Assembly: GCA_012295275.1 (NCBI GenBank)
Contig: CM022665.1
Coordinates: forward strand, 16,306,001-16,370,000
Direction: 5' to 3'
DNA length: 64,000 bases
DNA from: Chrysomallon squamiferum
Lineage: Eukaryota > Animalia > Mollusca
Below, piece after piece: positions 20,001 through 35,077 of the stretch. The notes beneath the pieces are model-generated. The model saw only the letters and a list, made by a program, of their open reading frames with translations. It was not told the origin of the DNA and did not search any database. A program made the translations under genes and the position numbers. The stretch's first letter is position 1; each line of letters begins with the position of its first letter.

Positions 20001-21888
20001 CATATACACACATTTAGATTCATTTATTATTATTATTTTGATTTTTTGATTTTTTTTTTAAATACAAAAACTGAATCATTATGTACTTATCGACATAACG
20101 AAAACGTTTGATAGAAAAATAAATTTTTCCAGAATAATTTATTAATATGACTCTATCGCCCTTTCGTTTATTGAAAACGTAACAAAAGAATTTGAATAGA
20201 AATGAAAATCAATTAGCTCGGCTCTGAGACCTTCATTGTCACTTTTCGTTTACTTCAGACAGTTTTAACAATACCAGAGTATTCTTTAATCTGTTCAAAT
20301 ATTTAGTCTTCCCCACAACTAATTCTATAACATAATGTAAGATAACCTTGTACAGAGATTTCTGTGTACATGTTCGCAAAGTCAGTCTGTGTAAAGCTTT
20401 CTTAAGAGTGGAAAATTATGTTTCCTTTCAAAAAACCAGTGGTTGTTTTTATTGAACTTTTCACAAAGAGACGTTTAGTGTAATCTTCGATTTAATAACG
20501 TTAATGAGAATGAATACCGTTTGATGAAATCTCTACAGAAAGAAAAGTGCTTCGGGTCGACAGGTAAAAAAAAAAAAGAAAAAAGACGTAGTTGTTTTAT
20601 TGTCAAATTAACTGACAGATACGATAATCGTAATTATTTACTTCATATTTAATGCAATTCAGCCGATCGCGTATGCATTCGTTTCATTTTATTTGTATCG
20701 CCACTGCTCCTTCTACTACTGCAGGTGCTACTACTACTATATCTGCAGGTGCTACTACGACTGCTATTATTGTTACTGCTACTACAAATATTGTTTTTTA
20801 ACTTCTACTATTACTACTATTACTCTTGTCACTGCTACTACTACTACAGCTACCAATTATACTGTTTTATATTTCTACTATTCTACTACTACTACAAATT
20901 TATTACTTATAGCAACTACTTATGCTTATATTACCACACTACTACTAATAATATTAATAATACTCTAATTCTGCTGTTATTTACACTATACAAATACTAT
21001 TACTACAACAGTTATCATCACTACTAATGCTGTCATTACCGATCTAAGTACCATATGGGGTAAATTATGATTTTCTTACAATTTTTATTTTTTAAAATAG
21101 GATTTTTAAAAATACATTAATGGCGTAAATCACTAGTAAAATTTCTATATCCATCGAATTATGTTGAGTTTCTTCTTCATTTCACGTTTGGAAAGAAGAT
21201 TGTCGGTTTACATGAATTACCACAAAACTTCATATATCATTTTCCAAACTTTATCATTAGTAAAGGCTGGTAGCCACTAATTATAAAAAGCAATCGCTTG
21301 ACAATATATTTCAGCTATATAGTTACATCATTCCAGACACATATATTAAGAAATCGTTTATAAAATGCAAGGAGTAAATTCGATAGGCTCTAGTCTAGAA
21401 TTTGTAAAAAAATAAAAACGAAAAAAGTCTTTACACAAAGAGCCATTTTTAATTAAAGTGTCACGTCTTGTTAGTTCCTAGAGGAAAGCTGATACACAGA
21501 CGTTATAATAGCGACTTACGTAGAATAAATGTCTTATATTTATGAAGTGCTTAAACTAGTGGTTTGTAACTCAAGACTAATTTTGTTCTTAAACTCATTC
21601 CGATATCACAGGTATCTTTGTAGAAATATGACATTTTTCAGTTAACTGTAAGATAGAGGGATAATAACAACCTTTATGTACCGAATCATAAATTTTTAAG
21701 CCTTTACAGCCAGATCTGATTACGTCGATAAAATATCATAAACGAATGTGCAAAACAAAAATTATAATTCATCTCTAAAAGTAATAGAAGTAGCAGCATC
21801 AGCAGCAATAACACCAGCAACAGCAGTAGTACAAATAGCAGTAGTAGTAGCTGTAGTAGTAAAAGTGGAAGATGTAGTAGAAGAAGTA

Positions 21889-22005
21889 GTATAATTTCAA
21901 ATATTTGCCGATAAAATATTCATATGTCTGGTTTTGTAATAAATTAAATTAGGAAAAAGGTTTCTATATCACGATCTGTCTATAAATGCTCAAACAGAAA
22001 TACGT
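21889..22005. repeat. ~117-bp direct duplication, copy 2
   Basis: Identical by eye to 18975-19091. Confidence 0.85.
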
Positions 22006-23708
22006 ACACACACACACGTACATACACACACGCACGCACACATACACACATACACACACATACATACATTAATATTAAAAGTAGTTACAAGTAGTTGCTG
22101 TTGTAATAGCAGGGATAGTAACTGTTGTTGATGTTACAGCAATTGTATTAATGGTAATATTCTGTATAAGAGAAAAAGTCGAAGTCGTAGTCGTCATAGA
22201 ATATTAGTATTAATAATCTTAGTCGTAGTCGTAATAGAGTATTACTATTAATAATCGTAGTCGTAGTCGTAATAGAGTATTAGTATTAGCAGTCATAGTG
22301 GTAGATGTGGTAGTTGTATTAATGGCCTAGTAATAGCAATAGTAGTGGTAATTGCTGTTGTTGTTTTCGCAGCATTACTAGTTGTAATAATAGTACGGGT
22401 TGTAATAAGAGTAATAATAATATCGTTAATGCAATAGAACGTTTCCTCTTTTATTTGTTCATTTATTTATTTATTTATTTATTACTTGTTTTATGTGTGT
22501 ATGCGCGTGTGTGACTCTGCAATGCCCTTTAGTTTTGTTTTATTTGTAACAACATTAAATTATAACTTCTTTTCTTTTCTTTCTTTTTAACTTTTTTTTC
22601 TTCTGAGCAGGTAGATAAATCCATTACACAATACAATAAAGGTACAATGACCCTTTACAGCTTCTAACCAACCATATAAGTGCCTTCGGTAATTTAAAGT
22701 ATAATTACTTTCAACGAATTGCGAATACGTAAAACTCGAGACAAAATTGAACTTAATGATGTATTATGATAGTTATTGGGTTAGTTTTAATTTCAAAGAG
22801 GTATGATTATCAATTATTGATGTAGATGATGTTTCTGAGTATCTCGGAAATGGTATCATTGATCATAAATAATTAGTGAAAATTTACCGTCTTGACTTCT
22901 AAGAAAAGTTTATTACATAGTAATTGATTACGGTCAATATAGTAGTAATAATAAAACTTAATTTCTCGTTAATCGATACAGAATGAAGTACGTACAATGC
23001 TGATAAACAGCTATTATTTTATTTTTATAATATTTAAAGGTATATAATAATAATAGTAATAATAATAATAAGAAGAAGAAGAACAACAACAACAACAGCA
23101 ACAACAACAGTAAAAACCATAATTATACTGTGAATATAATAATAAAAGAAAATTTAAATTACAGCAATATTTCTAGAAGTATGATTTAAGATGATATTGA
23201 CATCCCACTGCATTTCAAAATATATAAAGAATTATTTAATTCATTTCAAAGGAAATCTGATTTAATTTTGTTTTACTGATTAGTCAAGAACATTCTTAAC
23301 CTATTTCTCTTTCTGTATGTACCTGCGTACGTTTGTGTATGTGTATATGTATGTATATATGTATGTATGTATGTATGAGAAACATATTTATAATTTAGTT
23401 ATGTACTAATGTTCATTTCTTAAAATCTTTTAATTGTACTATTTATATTTGTACTGGACTTTAAAACATATGAATTTAAAACATATGAACTGTAATTTAA
23501 GCTCGCTTACTAATGGCAACTCGTATAGTATCATTGATTTGTCGGTAACATTTACGTAATGTAGAAACTTCTAAGTATCTACTCAGTTATTATGGTTTGT
23601 CAGCGTGTGAACTCCCGCGTTTCTTTTCAATTACAATAGATTTTTTCTTTCGTGTATACTTAGTAGTTTTCATTTAGCAGTAGTCCTAGCATTAGTTTAT
23701 ATATTATT

Positions 23709-23800
<92 letters not shown>

Positions 23801-24614
23801 GTAGCTTTTTTGATTTTTCTTTTTTGGTGAGTATTTTGGGGGTGGGTTTTTCATTTCTTGATTTTTTCTTTGTTGTTGTTGCTGTTGTTTGTCATTTTTT
23901 TTTTTTTTTTTTTTTATTTTTTTTTTTTTTTTTTTTTTTATAATCTTTTTTTTTTTTTTTGAGGGGTTGTTGTTTGTGTTCCAGTAAGTTATTCTCAGAC
24001 TAAGGTTATTTGTTTGGTTTTGTTTACCACTTAGACGTTTTCGGTTAGCTTTAAATTTTTTTTTTTTTTTTAAATATTTTCCACTTGTTTGTTTTTATAT
24101 AGCACTGAATTTCCTATTTAGTCATTTTAGTTTAGCTGAGTTTTATTCTTCTTCTTCTTTTTTTTTTTTCTTTTTTTTTTTAATTTAGTCGGTTTTATTT
24201 GCTAATGATTTCCCCTCTCTACCTACAGTTTGTTCTCATTTTTCTAGCAAAATATTGTTGTTATTGTTGCTTTTATTATTGCTATTATTAGTATTATTAT
24301 TGTTGTTGTTGTGGTTGTAATTTATTTATTTATTAATATATTTATTTATTTATGTCACGGTCAGTTAATCAGCTAATAGATATTTTATACAGAAAGTTTG
24401 TTAGTGCATACTTTAATATTAAACCTAATTAAAGTAATACGACCTTAAATTTCTCTCAGAATTATTCTATCCTCTGCCTCTTTTAACTCTTTTATGTCTG
24501 CCTGTCCGTCTGTCTATGGAAGTATATTTCCATCAATAGATATTTGTGTATCTACATATGTGTATGTATCTGTTAATGTTCTGTCTTTATATCTATATCT
24601 TTATAAATCTACAT

Positions 24615-24647
<33 letters not shown>

Positions 24648-25409
24648 TATCTTAAAAAAAAAACGTCATACCGTTTATTTATTTAAGTACTTGCACAAAT
24701 TTACTACATAACTTAATGAACTGTTTGGCTTCTGAACATTGTATTTAACATCTTTTAAGATTTTTTATCTCCATATTCCAATTCTTCTTCTTAAAATAAC
24801 TATGAAAATAAATCAATGTGGTTTACCAAGCTACCTTTTGCAGATAAAGGACTAATAAAAAGGACTAATAAAAAGGGTGTTCATTTAAATGAAAATATTC
24901 TGTTAAACGCTAAAGTGCGTCGACTCCGTATTTAAGGAACTCATTTCACGTTCTGAATGGCCTTTGTTGAAAAAGAACTATTGTTTTTTCCTGTATGTAT
25001 TTTTATTGTTTTGGCTGTATCGGACGACTGTAGGTTTAGAGTCATGAAGTGGATGTTTGTCTGTGTCTTCTTTGTATATGTTTTTTTTTTCCATTTTAAT
25101 TCAATATTGCGGTTATATCATTTCTTAATTGAAAATGAAAGGTAATCTTAGCACTGACGTATTGGAAATACGCTAATGCCGAATGGTCGTATTAAGTGTA
25201 TACAAATTAGCATTTTGTGCTGTAGAATACTATAATTATTATAATTCAAAATACTAATCCTGTCCAGAAAAATTCGATATATATGACAAGTAAGTATTGA
25301 TTTAATCGATATAACGATCGTATTTGTATTAGGTATGTATGTGCGTGTGTGTTTGGGTGTGTATACGCACATACACACTCACTCACACACACACACCTAT
25401 ATATCTATA

Positions 25410-25447
<38 letters not shown>

Positions 25448-25451
25448 CATA

Positions 25452-25533
<82 letters not shown>

Positions 25534-27728
25534 GAATGCTTTTTTTTTTCATTTTAACTAATAATTTGAAGAAGAAAAAAAAAAAAAGAAGAAAGATAAT
25601 ACTCCTCCGTTACCACGATAACCATGAAAGGATGAAGAATTATGTATGTAAATGTGAATCAATATATGTGTGGATGAATATACGATTGTTTTATCTCCAA
25701 TTCTAAGACACTGTCAAAAAAAAAAAAAAAAAAAAAGAAGACATATCACTTCACACCAATAAATCATACTTTTGATCAACAGCGGATACGCGAAAACACA
25801 GTCCATGACATTTTTGCTCGTGCCTATTTCCCTAAAGATGAATCCATTGCCCTTAATTTGAAGAAAAAAAGAGATTAAGTTCGCTGACACGTCACCCAGT
25901 TATTGATATTTTCTTTTGTCTGCGAAAGCACAATTTATTAAAAGTATTCATTAAGAAATTGCTCAAGCGGTGATGGTGAAATTTTCCAAATATGTATCAT
26001 TAAGTTCGAGTGATATTACCGAAGATCGGCAACCAAAAAAATCGCGTAAAAAGGTTTTGTAGTCGCATCAGTGCAAGCTTCACCGGGTTAATGATTAAAT
26101 CAAGTGTCAGAGGGAAATTATGTGAACTTGCTAATTACAAGATTGTCGTCTAACGATGTGATCAATAATACAAAATTGAAATTTTTTTTTTTTTTTTAAA
26201 ACGTAAGCATTTCCATTCAGTGGCGTATATTGTGTTACTTTTTAATTTATAAAAATACGAAGTTAGTAAAAGTTTAATGACAACGAAACGTTCGTGACCA
26301 CCAACCCCACGTAATAATGATAAGAGGAAGAAGACGAAGAAGAAACAAAACCAGAGCACAAGTAAAAAAAATAACAGCAACAATAAAGGGGATGATGATG
26401 ATGTTAATCAAAAATTCAAAATCTCTCTCTCTCTCTCTCTCTTTTTCACATATTAGTATATAAATACATAGTAAATCAAAAATGATTTTCGCTTCTTTTG
26501 AAATGTTCTTTTCTACTCTCTCTCTCTCTCTCTAAAAAGAAAATAGAATATGACTTTGAAGTGGAACAGAGAAAAAGAAGAAAACAAAGAAAAAAAAATT
26601 CCTCAAGTTAAAAAAAAAAAAGGCAATAAAGAACAATCTGGATCAAAGATTTTGTTTCGCAAAGGAAACACCCGATCTATTTCTAGAGAAGAAATTCAGA
26701 AAACTCAATCACTTGGAAACATTGGAAATTAATAAACTGTAAACAGTAACGAAACGGTTCCGACACTGTTAGACAGACCATCCCCTAGATTTCTTTCAAA
26801 GCACGTAAACCCGGTTACCTCTACATCATTTTTATTTTCTTTCAGACGTTATCGATTGTAAGAAAATAAAAATATTGTTTTCCTTCTCACTCGCGAATTA
26901 CCATTTATCGACAAGTCAATCCAGAGTTAATAAATATATATGATAATGACTGGATATTCCGATATATTTTATTATTTATTTTATTTTATTACTATTATTA
27001 TTTTATTTTTTTTTTTTTTGTTCTTGAGATTTACGTCAAAAAGTGACCGATTGTTTCTGACAGTTCTATAGGTTTTTATTTCAACAATGGTAACAGTTAT
27101 AGAATTCATAAAGTAAATAATACTGTATATTTCTGACTTCATTAAACCAATTTTTATACTAAAAGGAAAACAAAATAAATAATAGATAGAAAATTAGCGT
27201 CGTAACTATGAAACTGGAAGAGGTCAAAAACGTATTTATTATCTATTTCTGAGGGCGGGAAATTTTAAATTTTAAATCCGAACATTGCAGGTCAGTTTTT
27301 ATACAAAGGAGAATAAACTTGAAGACTGTTAAAAAAACCCAAAATAAACAAAAAAAAGCAACAAAAAACAACAACACTAGAACTAAAGCAGTAGTTGTTT
27401 TAATAAATAACCACAATAATAACCAAAATGATAATGATGATGATGATGATGATGATAATGATAATGATAATGATGATGATGAAAATAATAATAACAATAA
27501 CAATGGCAGTATTAATGATAACGGCAATTGTAATGGTAGTTGTGATGGTGGCGGTAGTAGTAGCAATAGTAGAAGTAGTATTTTTGTAGTAATAGTAGCA
27601 GTTTTAGCAGTAGTAGTAGTGATATTCAGTACAGAAAGTTACTTTTCTTTTATTTATTTATTTATTCTTATTTTTTTAAAGTTCCATAGCCTGTTCGCTA
27701 TTTGTACAGTGACTTGGTGTCTGTGTGT

Positions 27729-27780
<52 letters not shown>

Positions 27781-29377
27781 GAACATCTGTTTCAATTGAT
27801 GAAGATGTACAGTTTAAAATACCATAAAATTATCACCAAAATCGAGATTTTTAAAAAAATAAACGAGGAATAGGAAGTTAAACATTTCAGTTCTAAAATT
27901 AGATTAGTATTCTGTCACTGTCTGACTATAATCTCTCTCAATAGTTTAAAACCTGGCCTTTACGTTTATTATCAATCCATTTATTCAGATTTTGTAATAT
28001 AATATTTATTCAGCCGTATGTCGCCTTCAGTAAACTAAATATGATTACTAATTAAACACATCTAATTGTAATTATAAACCTTTGTTAACGCAAAACAACT
28101 ATAAATAAATTCCAATTCATGCAGTAATTAAAATAGTGTCTTCAAATAAGCTCAAATCGATATTACAGGTAATTCTGAAAATAGATATAAACAGCAAAAA
28201 TAAAATAATTTCGCATTAGTAAAATTTTATTTGTTTAAAAAAAAAAAAAAAAATGGCACAATACGGATTACAAACAGACACGATGATGTTACGAATGGGT
28301 TAAATTATGATTAATTATATGAAGATACCACGTACGTACATACACACACACATGCAGAGAATTTTAAAAAAAATGCTAGATAAGTACATGCAATGATTCC
28401 TGTTAGTTACCCACTGGGACGGTACTCGTCAAAACCAGTGCTCTACGACTGATAGTAGACTCTCTCTACGAGTGTCGAACCCAGAACCGAAACTAGAAAA
28501 TCACTGCTTTCGTTTTATAAAAAAAATTTTTTACGAAATATAAATTATGGTGATATTCTTCCGTCACAGAAGTAGCCGCGAAAGGATGAAGGATTATGCA
28601 TGTAATCAGTATACGTGCGGATGGAAATACGAGAGTTCTATCTCAAAATTATGACACTGAAAAATACGATATAACACTTATTGGTCAAATAAATCATTTT
28701 TAATCAAACAAATATAAGAAAACAACAAAATCCATGAGAATGAAATGCATACATTGGAACACACACACACGTACATATATGCATACATACATACACACAT
28801 GTACATACACACATATACATACACGCATACACAAGTACCAGGTACGTATGTACGTAAATACAGATATACTTACATTCATTCATCCTAACACACATAGAAA
28901 CACACTCTCACACCTACATATATAAGTAATCCACATAAACACAAATTTACACACCTCAATAACTGTAATTTATTTGTTATAGCTAAAAGTACATTATTAT
29001 GTTATTTATCAGATTTGTTTTTCTGTTGTTGTTTTTTTAAATTATTATTATAATAATTTATTTTTTATTATTATTATTACTGTTTTATTTACTTTTTTTT
29101 ATTAACTGATTTACATTATTAAATTTAAAAAAAAAAAATCTAATTATTATTATTATTACTATTTTCTTTATCGATATTTAACTGATGAAGTTATCAATGG
29201 GTAATGACTGTTTTTCTAAGATGGCAGCCAATAGGTGGAAAGTTCGCTTGATCAGTCAACAAGGTTTGTGCGTGACAAGGTATGTCTAGCAGAATGTGAT
29301 CAATATATAACTGAACGTATCTTGTATTGTGTAGAAGCAAATCTCATCTCTCACCAAACGGCTTAAGAGATTTCACC

Positions 29378-29627
29378 ATGCCTAAGGTATGTTCTGTTTA
29401 TGATGTGAAATGCACTTTGATCTGCTCTGAAATAAGAATTAAATACACATAGATTATGATCCGTTTCTGAAATAAGAAATAAGTATGCTTACATTTAGAT
29501 AGAATAGTATAAGTTTTTGAAATAAGCACTAATAAACAGGATTTGATTTAAATAGGTTGTAATCCATTCCTGAAATAAGAATTAATAAATAAGCTTTGAT
29601 TTAGATAGATCATGTTTTGTTTTGTTT

Positions 29628-29668
<41 letters not shown>

Positions 29669-31226
29669 ATTAATAAATATTTTTAATGCTGATAGATCGT
29701 AAATAAAAATTCCTTGATATAGATTATGTCATATTTTTTATAAATAGTTTTTAACACGGAGAATTTTTTATTTTTTTTTACAAAGACTATAATACGCATT
29801 TGAGATAAAAGTTAATCAATTTTGTTAGATGGATTACAAAATAAATATTGTTTTGATATAGACTGTTGTACATTTTTATGATAAAAAATTTCTCTATATT
29901 TGTATAGATTATAATAATATTTTTTTTCAGTAATGCATTAATATATTTTTAATACAGATAAATTATAATATGTTTTTAAGATAAGCGTTAACAAATATTC
30001 TTTAATTTATATATATAACACATTTTAAGATAAGAATTTAAATATTTGAATATGTTTTAAAAATATATATTCTAATATTCATATAAATATATATATATAT
30101 ATATATATCATAAATTGAAATATTTCTAAAGTTTATTATTTTTATACTTTATTATTTTGCCTGCGGAATAACGTGACAACGTTTTTTCTCTAACCGTATT
30201 CTTCTTTTCTTTTCTCATTAATATTAATTCATTCATTCATTTTACTTAATTTCTTTTTATTTCCGAACTGCTACCACTACTTATATCATATTTATTAATT
30301 TCAGCTGATACATGTGTGTTTATTGTTGACTGCTGGCTTACTGTATGTTCCATACACGACATCAGTGCAAGATCTTTACCTAATGGCATTATACCCTTTC
30401 CACGGAGCCTGGCATGGAGGTGCCGCTGTCCTGGCAGCCAGCGAGCTGGCGTTGGAACAAGTGAACCAAAGATCTGATGTACTTCCTGGTTACAGACTTA
30501 ATCTACTTTGGAACGACACTGGGGTACGTTCATAGTCTTTGTAGTTTTTACTTCCCGTGGTAAATGTTTGCTTCACGGTAATACAGACATTTTGCAAAAG
30601 GATCTTGAATGTGAAACGCCAGCGGTCAGCTAAATGAGTTACAAAGAGGTTTTTTTCTCCGTCATATTTTATGCTGACGTGAAGCATGATGCGTGCCTAC
30701 CTCTGCTACATGTTTCCCATTCAAGTGAATGTGTCAGACAAATGGGTAATAGCCACAGCTTATAATCAAGTTGCAGTTGTACTTACTTAGAATATCCCGA
30801 TCTGAGTAAAAGTGAAAATATTCTCTATAATCATGAAAAAAAAATACTTGAACCTACATCATCAGCGTGAAAATCCATGTTGTCATTACGAGCTGTTAAT
30901 GTCTAGCGTTTCTTTGCATACAACTGCATTTATGTTAACTGAACATCCTTTGGAACAGGACGATTTGTTTAAGCTGTGTGGTCAAAAGTGAAAATAATCG
31001 CTGGTTACAGTTCCGTTGTCTGAAGATAAATAGTCCGTAGACACGCAAAACTGGCTAAATTCGTAATGGTTGTCACAGAGAATAGTAAATTAATTTTTCT
31101 TGTGACTATTTGTAGTTGTAAGTGTGTGATGTCGGGCAGTTGGCGTAAAATTAAAATAAAAGTACACTTCCTGATATTTTCCTAAGCTTACTGTTTGAAA
31201 TAACTAGAAGGCATTACTTTAACACA

Positions 31227-31286
<60 letters not shown>

Positions 31287-32548
31287 CACTTCATCATCTC
31301 ATCATCATTATCATCATAATCATTATTATTATTTTTATTTTTATTATTATTATTAGAACATATTGATGTTAACGTTGTTTGGTTTTATTTGTTTTGTGTG
31401 TTTGTTTTTTTATTTGCTCGTATGTAAACAGTTCAAAAAGAATATAGTATATAAAGGAAATCGGATGAGGTTAATCGATCAGTTTATGAATAAAGTATTT
31501 TTTGTGTGTGTGTCATCTCCACCACGCTGAATTAGAACCCTTGACATTTTAAAAATAAAAACAGAAAGAAGAAAAGTACACGATGGAACAATTTACGCTG
31601 GCTTTTACAAAGACTGTATCTTAAATGCATGGATTTTTAAAATGAAACTGGAAAGCATTTTTTTATTACGGAGTAAATATCAGGCATCTTTATAATTCAT
31701 GTGACATACTCTGTGTTACATCATCCATGCAGTAATAATGACGAGCCACTCATCAACTCTAATGTCATAAGAATAATAATTCAGAACTTTTTCCCATATC
31801 CAAAGCGGAACCAGAAAGAGTAATAATATTAATAAATCTTCACAGTAGCGAAGTACAGCATTTAGCGTTACTAAAACTGAAAAGGTTAAATATTTCAGTG
31901 TTCAACCATGTAATTCATTAGAACATTATATACACTTAACGTTAACTCTTAGACACCACTCAAATCCTTAATATGCAACATCAAAAGAATCCAATAGATA
32001 ATATCCTTTTTATAAATATAAATTCAAGAACGGAAAACCAGAACGTAAATTTTTAAGATAACTGATAATGAAATTATTAAAATGTATTAAAAACAATTTT
32101 ATAGAAATTCACCCCGGATTTTAAGGGACCACACCATCTTTTTCGGCAGCCCTTCATGATTTATTTGATTCACTACGTAATTGTACGTTTTATGCAACAT
32201 AATACTTGAATTTAAATGTAACTTCGCTATTACATTCATTTCAGAGTTTTTTTCGTTTACTGCATTTTTTATTAATGCTACTTTATATATATATATATAT
32301 ATATATATTGTTTAAGGTTGATTTTTTGTGTTTGATTTTTTCTTTTCTCAGTGTGATCCAGGCCTTGGAGTTGATCTCATGTTCCAGCACCTATACAGCC
32401 CGCCAGTAAAGATCATGATTATAGGTGCTTTATGTTCCATAGTGTCACAGGCCACTGCAGAAGTATCTCACCGGTGGAATATAGTTCAGGTAAAATACAT
32501 TGATTAAATAATTATTTATCATAAAATGTGTAAGTTTCATGGGTATAA

Positions 32549-32590
<42 letters not shown>

Positions 32591-32991
32591 CATCATCATC
32601 ATCATATTCTACGTCATCGTCATTATTATTTTTAGCAGCAGTAGTAGTAGTCGTAGTAGTTGTAGTAGTAGTAATAATAGTAGTAGCAGTAGTTATAGTA
32701 GTAGTAGCAGTAATAGTAGTAATAATAGTAGCAGTAGTGGTTGTAATATGGTAGTGGTAGTAGTAGTAATGCTGGTGGTAATGGTTGTTTTTTACTACTC
32801 TTACTACTACTGATGCCACCTGTCTACTACCACTAACTATACTGCTAATACTAATACTGTCTGCTATTTCCAGTAATCTACTACTGTTATTACACTTACT
32901 GACACCGCTACCATTCTTATTATTATTATCACTATTGTACTATAACAGTATCCATTATCTCCATTAGTAAATGATATATTTTATGTGATGA

Positions 32992-33054
<63 letters not shown>

Positions 33055-33206
33055 GTCGTTGTTGTTTTAGAAGACATAGTTAATAAAATTACACTGCAAT
33101 TTGTTTCAGTCACGCCTTCATATCTATCTAAATCGTTGAACTATTTATTTATTTTTTTATTTTATTTTATTTTATTTATTTTTTTATTCATTTATTTTAT
33201 TTTATT

Positions 33207-33269
<63 letters not shown>

Positions 33270-33559
33270 TACAAACTATTGCAGAAACTGTGACTGTAGC
33301 GGTATGATATTTTAATTAGCTTATTCTCTCTCTGATTTTAAGTTATCTCCGGTTTCGTCATCCCCGGCGCTTTCAGACAAAAAAAGATTTAAAATGTTTC
33401 TGAGAACCAACTCCCCCGACAGCGACATCAACCCCGCCAAGATGCAGATGTTCAGAGAATTTGGCTGGTCCAAGATTGCCACAATTCACCAAGCATTTGA
33501 ACTGTTTTCTGTGGTAATGTTTCTTTCTTTTTCTCTTATTTTTACTGTTACTGTTATTG

Positions 33560-33591
<32 letters not shown>

Positions 33592-33847
33592 GTTGTTGTT
33601 GTTGTTGTTGTTGTTATTGTTGTTGTTGTTTCTTTTGTTGTTGTTGTTATTGTTATTATTATTTATTATTATTATTTGTTTATTTATTATTATTTATTAC
33701 TATTATTATTATTAATATTTATTTATTTGTTATTATTATTATTCGTTTTATGATTATTTATTTATTTATTATTATAATTATTATTTATTTGTTATTATTA
33801 TTATTCATTTTATTATTATTTATTTAGTTAATTATTATTATTATTAT

Positions 33848-33888
<41 letters not shown>

Positions 33889-34212
33889 TTTGTATTTGTT
33901 ATTTATTATTCTTCTTTTTTTGTTCTTGTCACAAGAACACGGACTCGTTTTTGGTAGCAAAGGATCTTTTATTTACGCGTTTCTGTTGACCGATGAACAC
34001 TACTTGGAACGAGATATATCTCAATGACGCAAGAAGGATTGATTTTGATGCGTGTTATGATCTAGTCTCTGAAATACAACCACTGTGTTAATATATATTT
34101 TCTATTTATATATAATAGGAATTCAAGATATATATTTGTTTCTCTCTCTCTCTCTCTTTTTTTTTTTTTTTTTACCTATTAATAATTCAATCACATAATA
34201 TCCCTAATAATG

Positions 34213-34261
<49 letters not shown>

Positions 34262-35039
34262 GTGTATATATATATAACTTCACACACACACACACACACA
34301 CACACACGCATATATATAGTTTTATATATATAACTTCAACGAAATCACTATTAATATACGTTTATTTATTCAGGCTAATGATGATCTAATTAAGTTAATG
34401 AAAGAGACTGGTATGACTGTTGTGACGTCAGAAATTATCACGACCGATCCTTCTATACAAGTTCGAAAACTGAAGGTAAAAGCATTCCACCTTTAATTAA
34501 CCAGATACATTTGCACTGATATGCTATAATAAATACATAAAACAAGACATTATCACATATTTTAACAGATTAAATTTTAATCCGTAGTGTTCAACTTCAA
34601 AGACCAAAGAAACAAAGCAAAACAAGACTAAAACATGCAGTATTTTTTTTTCTTCTCAATCACTTTTACACTAATACGTACATGCAGTTTGTGATCATTT
34701 AAGTCGATTATTATTTACGACTATATCAAAATGAGTTTGACTGACTGTGCTTGTTGTAAAAGGAATTTAGCTTAAACCTTACGGTAAAAATGATTTTTTA
34801 TTTTATTTTATTTTTTTGTTTCCTTTTACAACTGGCTCAGTCGCTCTCTTATAATTCTGTAATATTATACAGATAATGAAATTTATTTGGATAAATAATA
34901 TTTAAAAGTATAAAGCTGAAATGTATAAGTACAGAGGCTCTTTACAAATAATAAATAGAGTAATATAAGAAATTACAAGCAATTTAAAGAGATGCTTTTA
35001 ATGCAATTAAAATGGGAAAAAAACTATTATTTATTTATT

Positions 35040-35077
<38 letters not shown>

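Noticed and set aside
15200-29200. Additional gene in the 14-kb interval between the chitin-binding gene and paralog B
   Set aside because: No exon-like segment with recognisable protein motifs was found by eye. Short or non-coding exons could have been missed.
29218-29233. YY1-like AAGATGGC plus CCAAT ~150 bp upstream of the paralog B ATG
   Set aside because: A plausible promoter motif, but too short to support without TSS data.
33935-34070. Possible decayed SINE fragment (similar weak cases near 28400-28500 and 41870-41915)
   Set aside because: Too degenerate; no second copy or intact Pol III boxes in the window.
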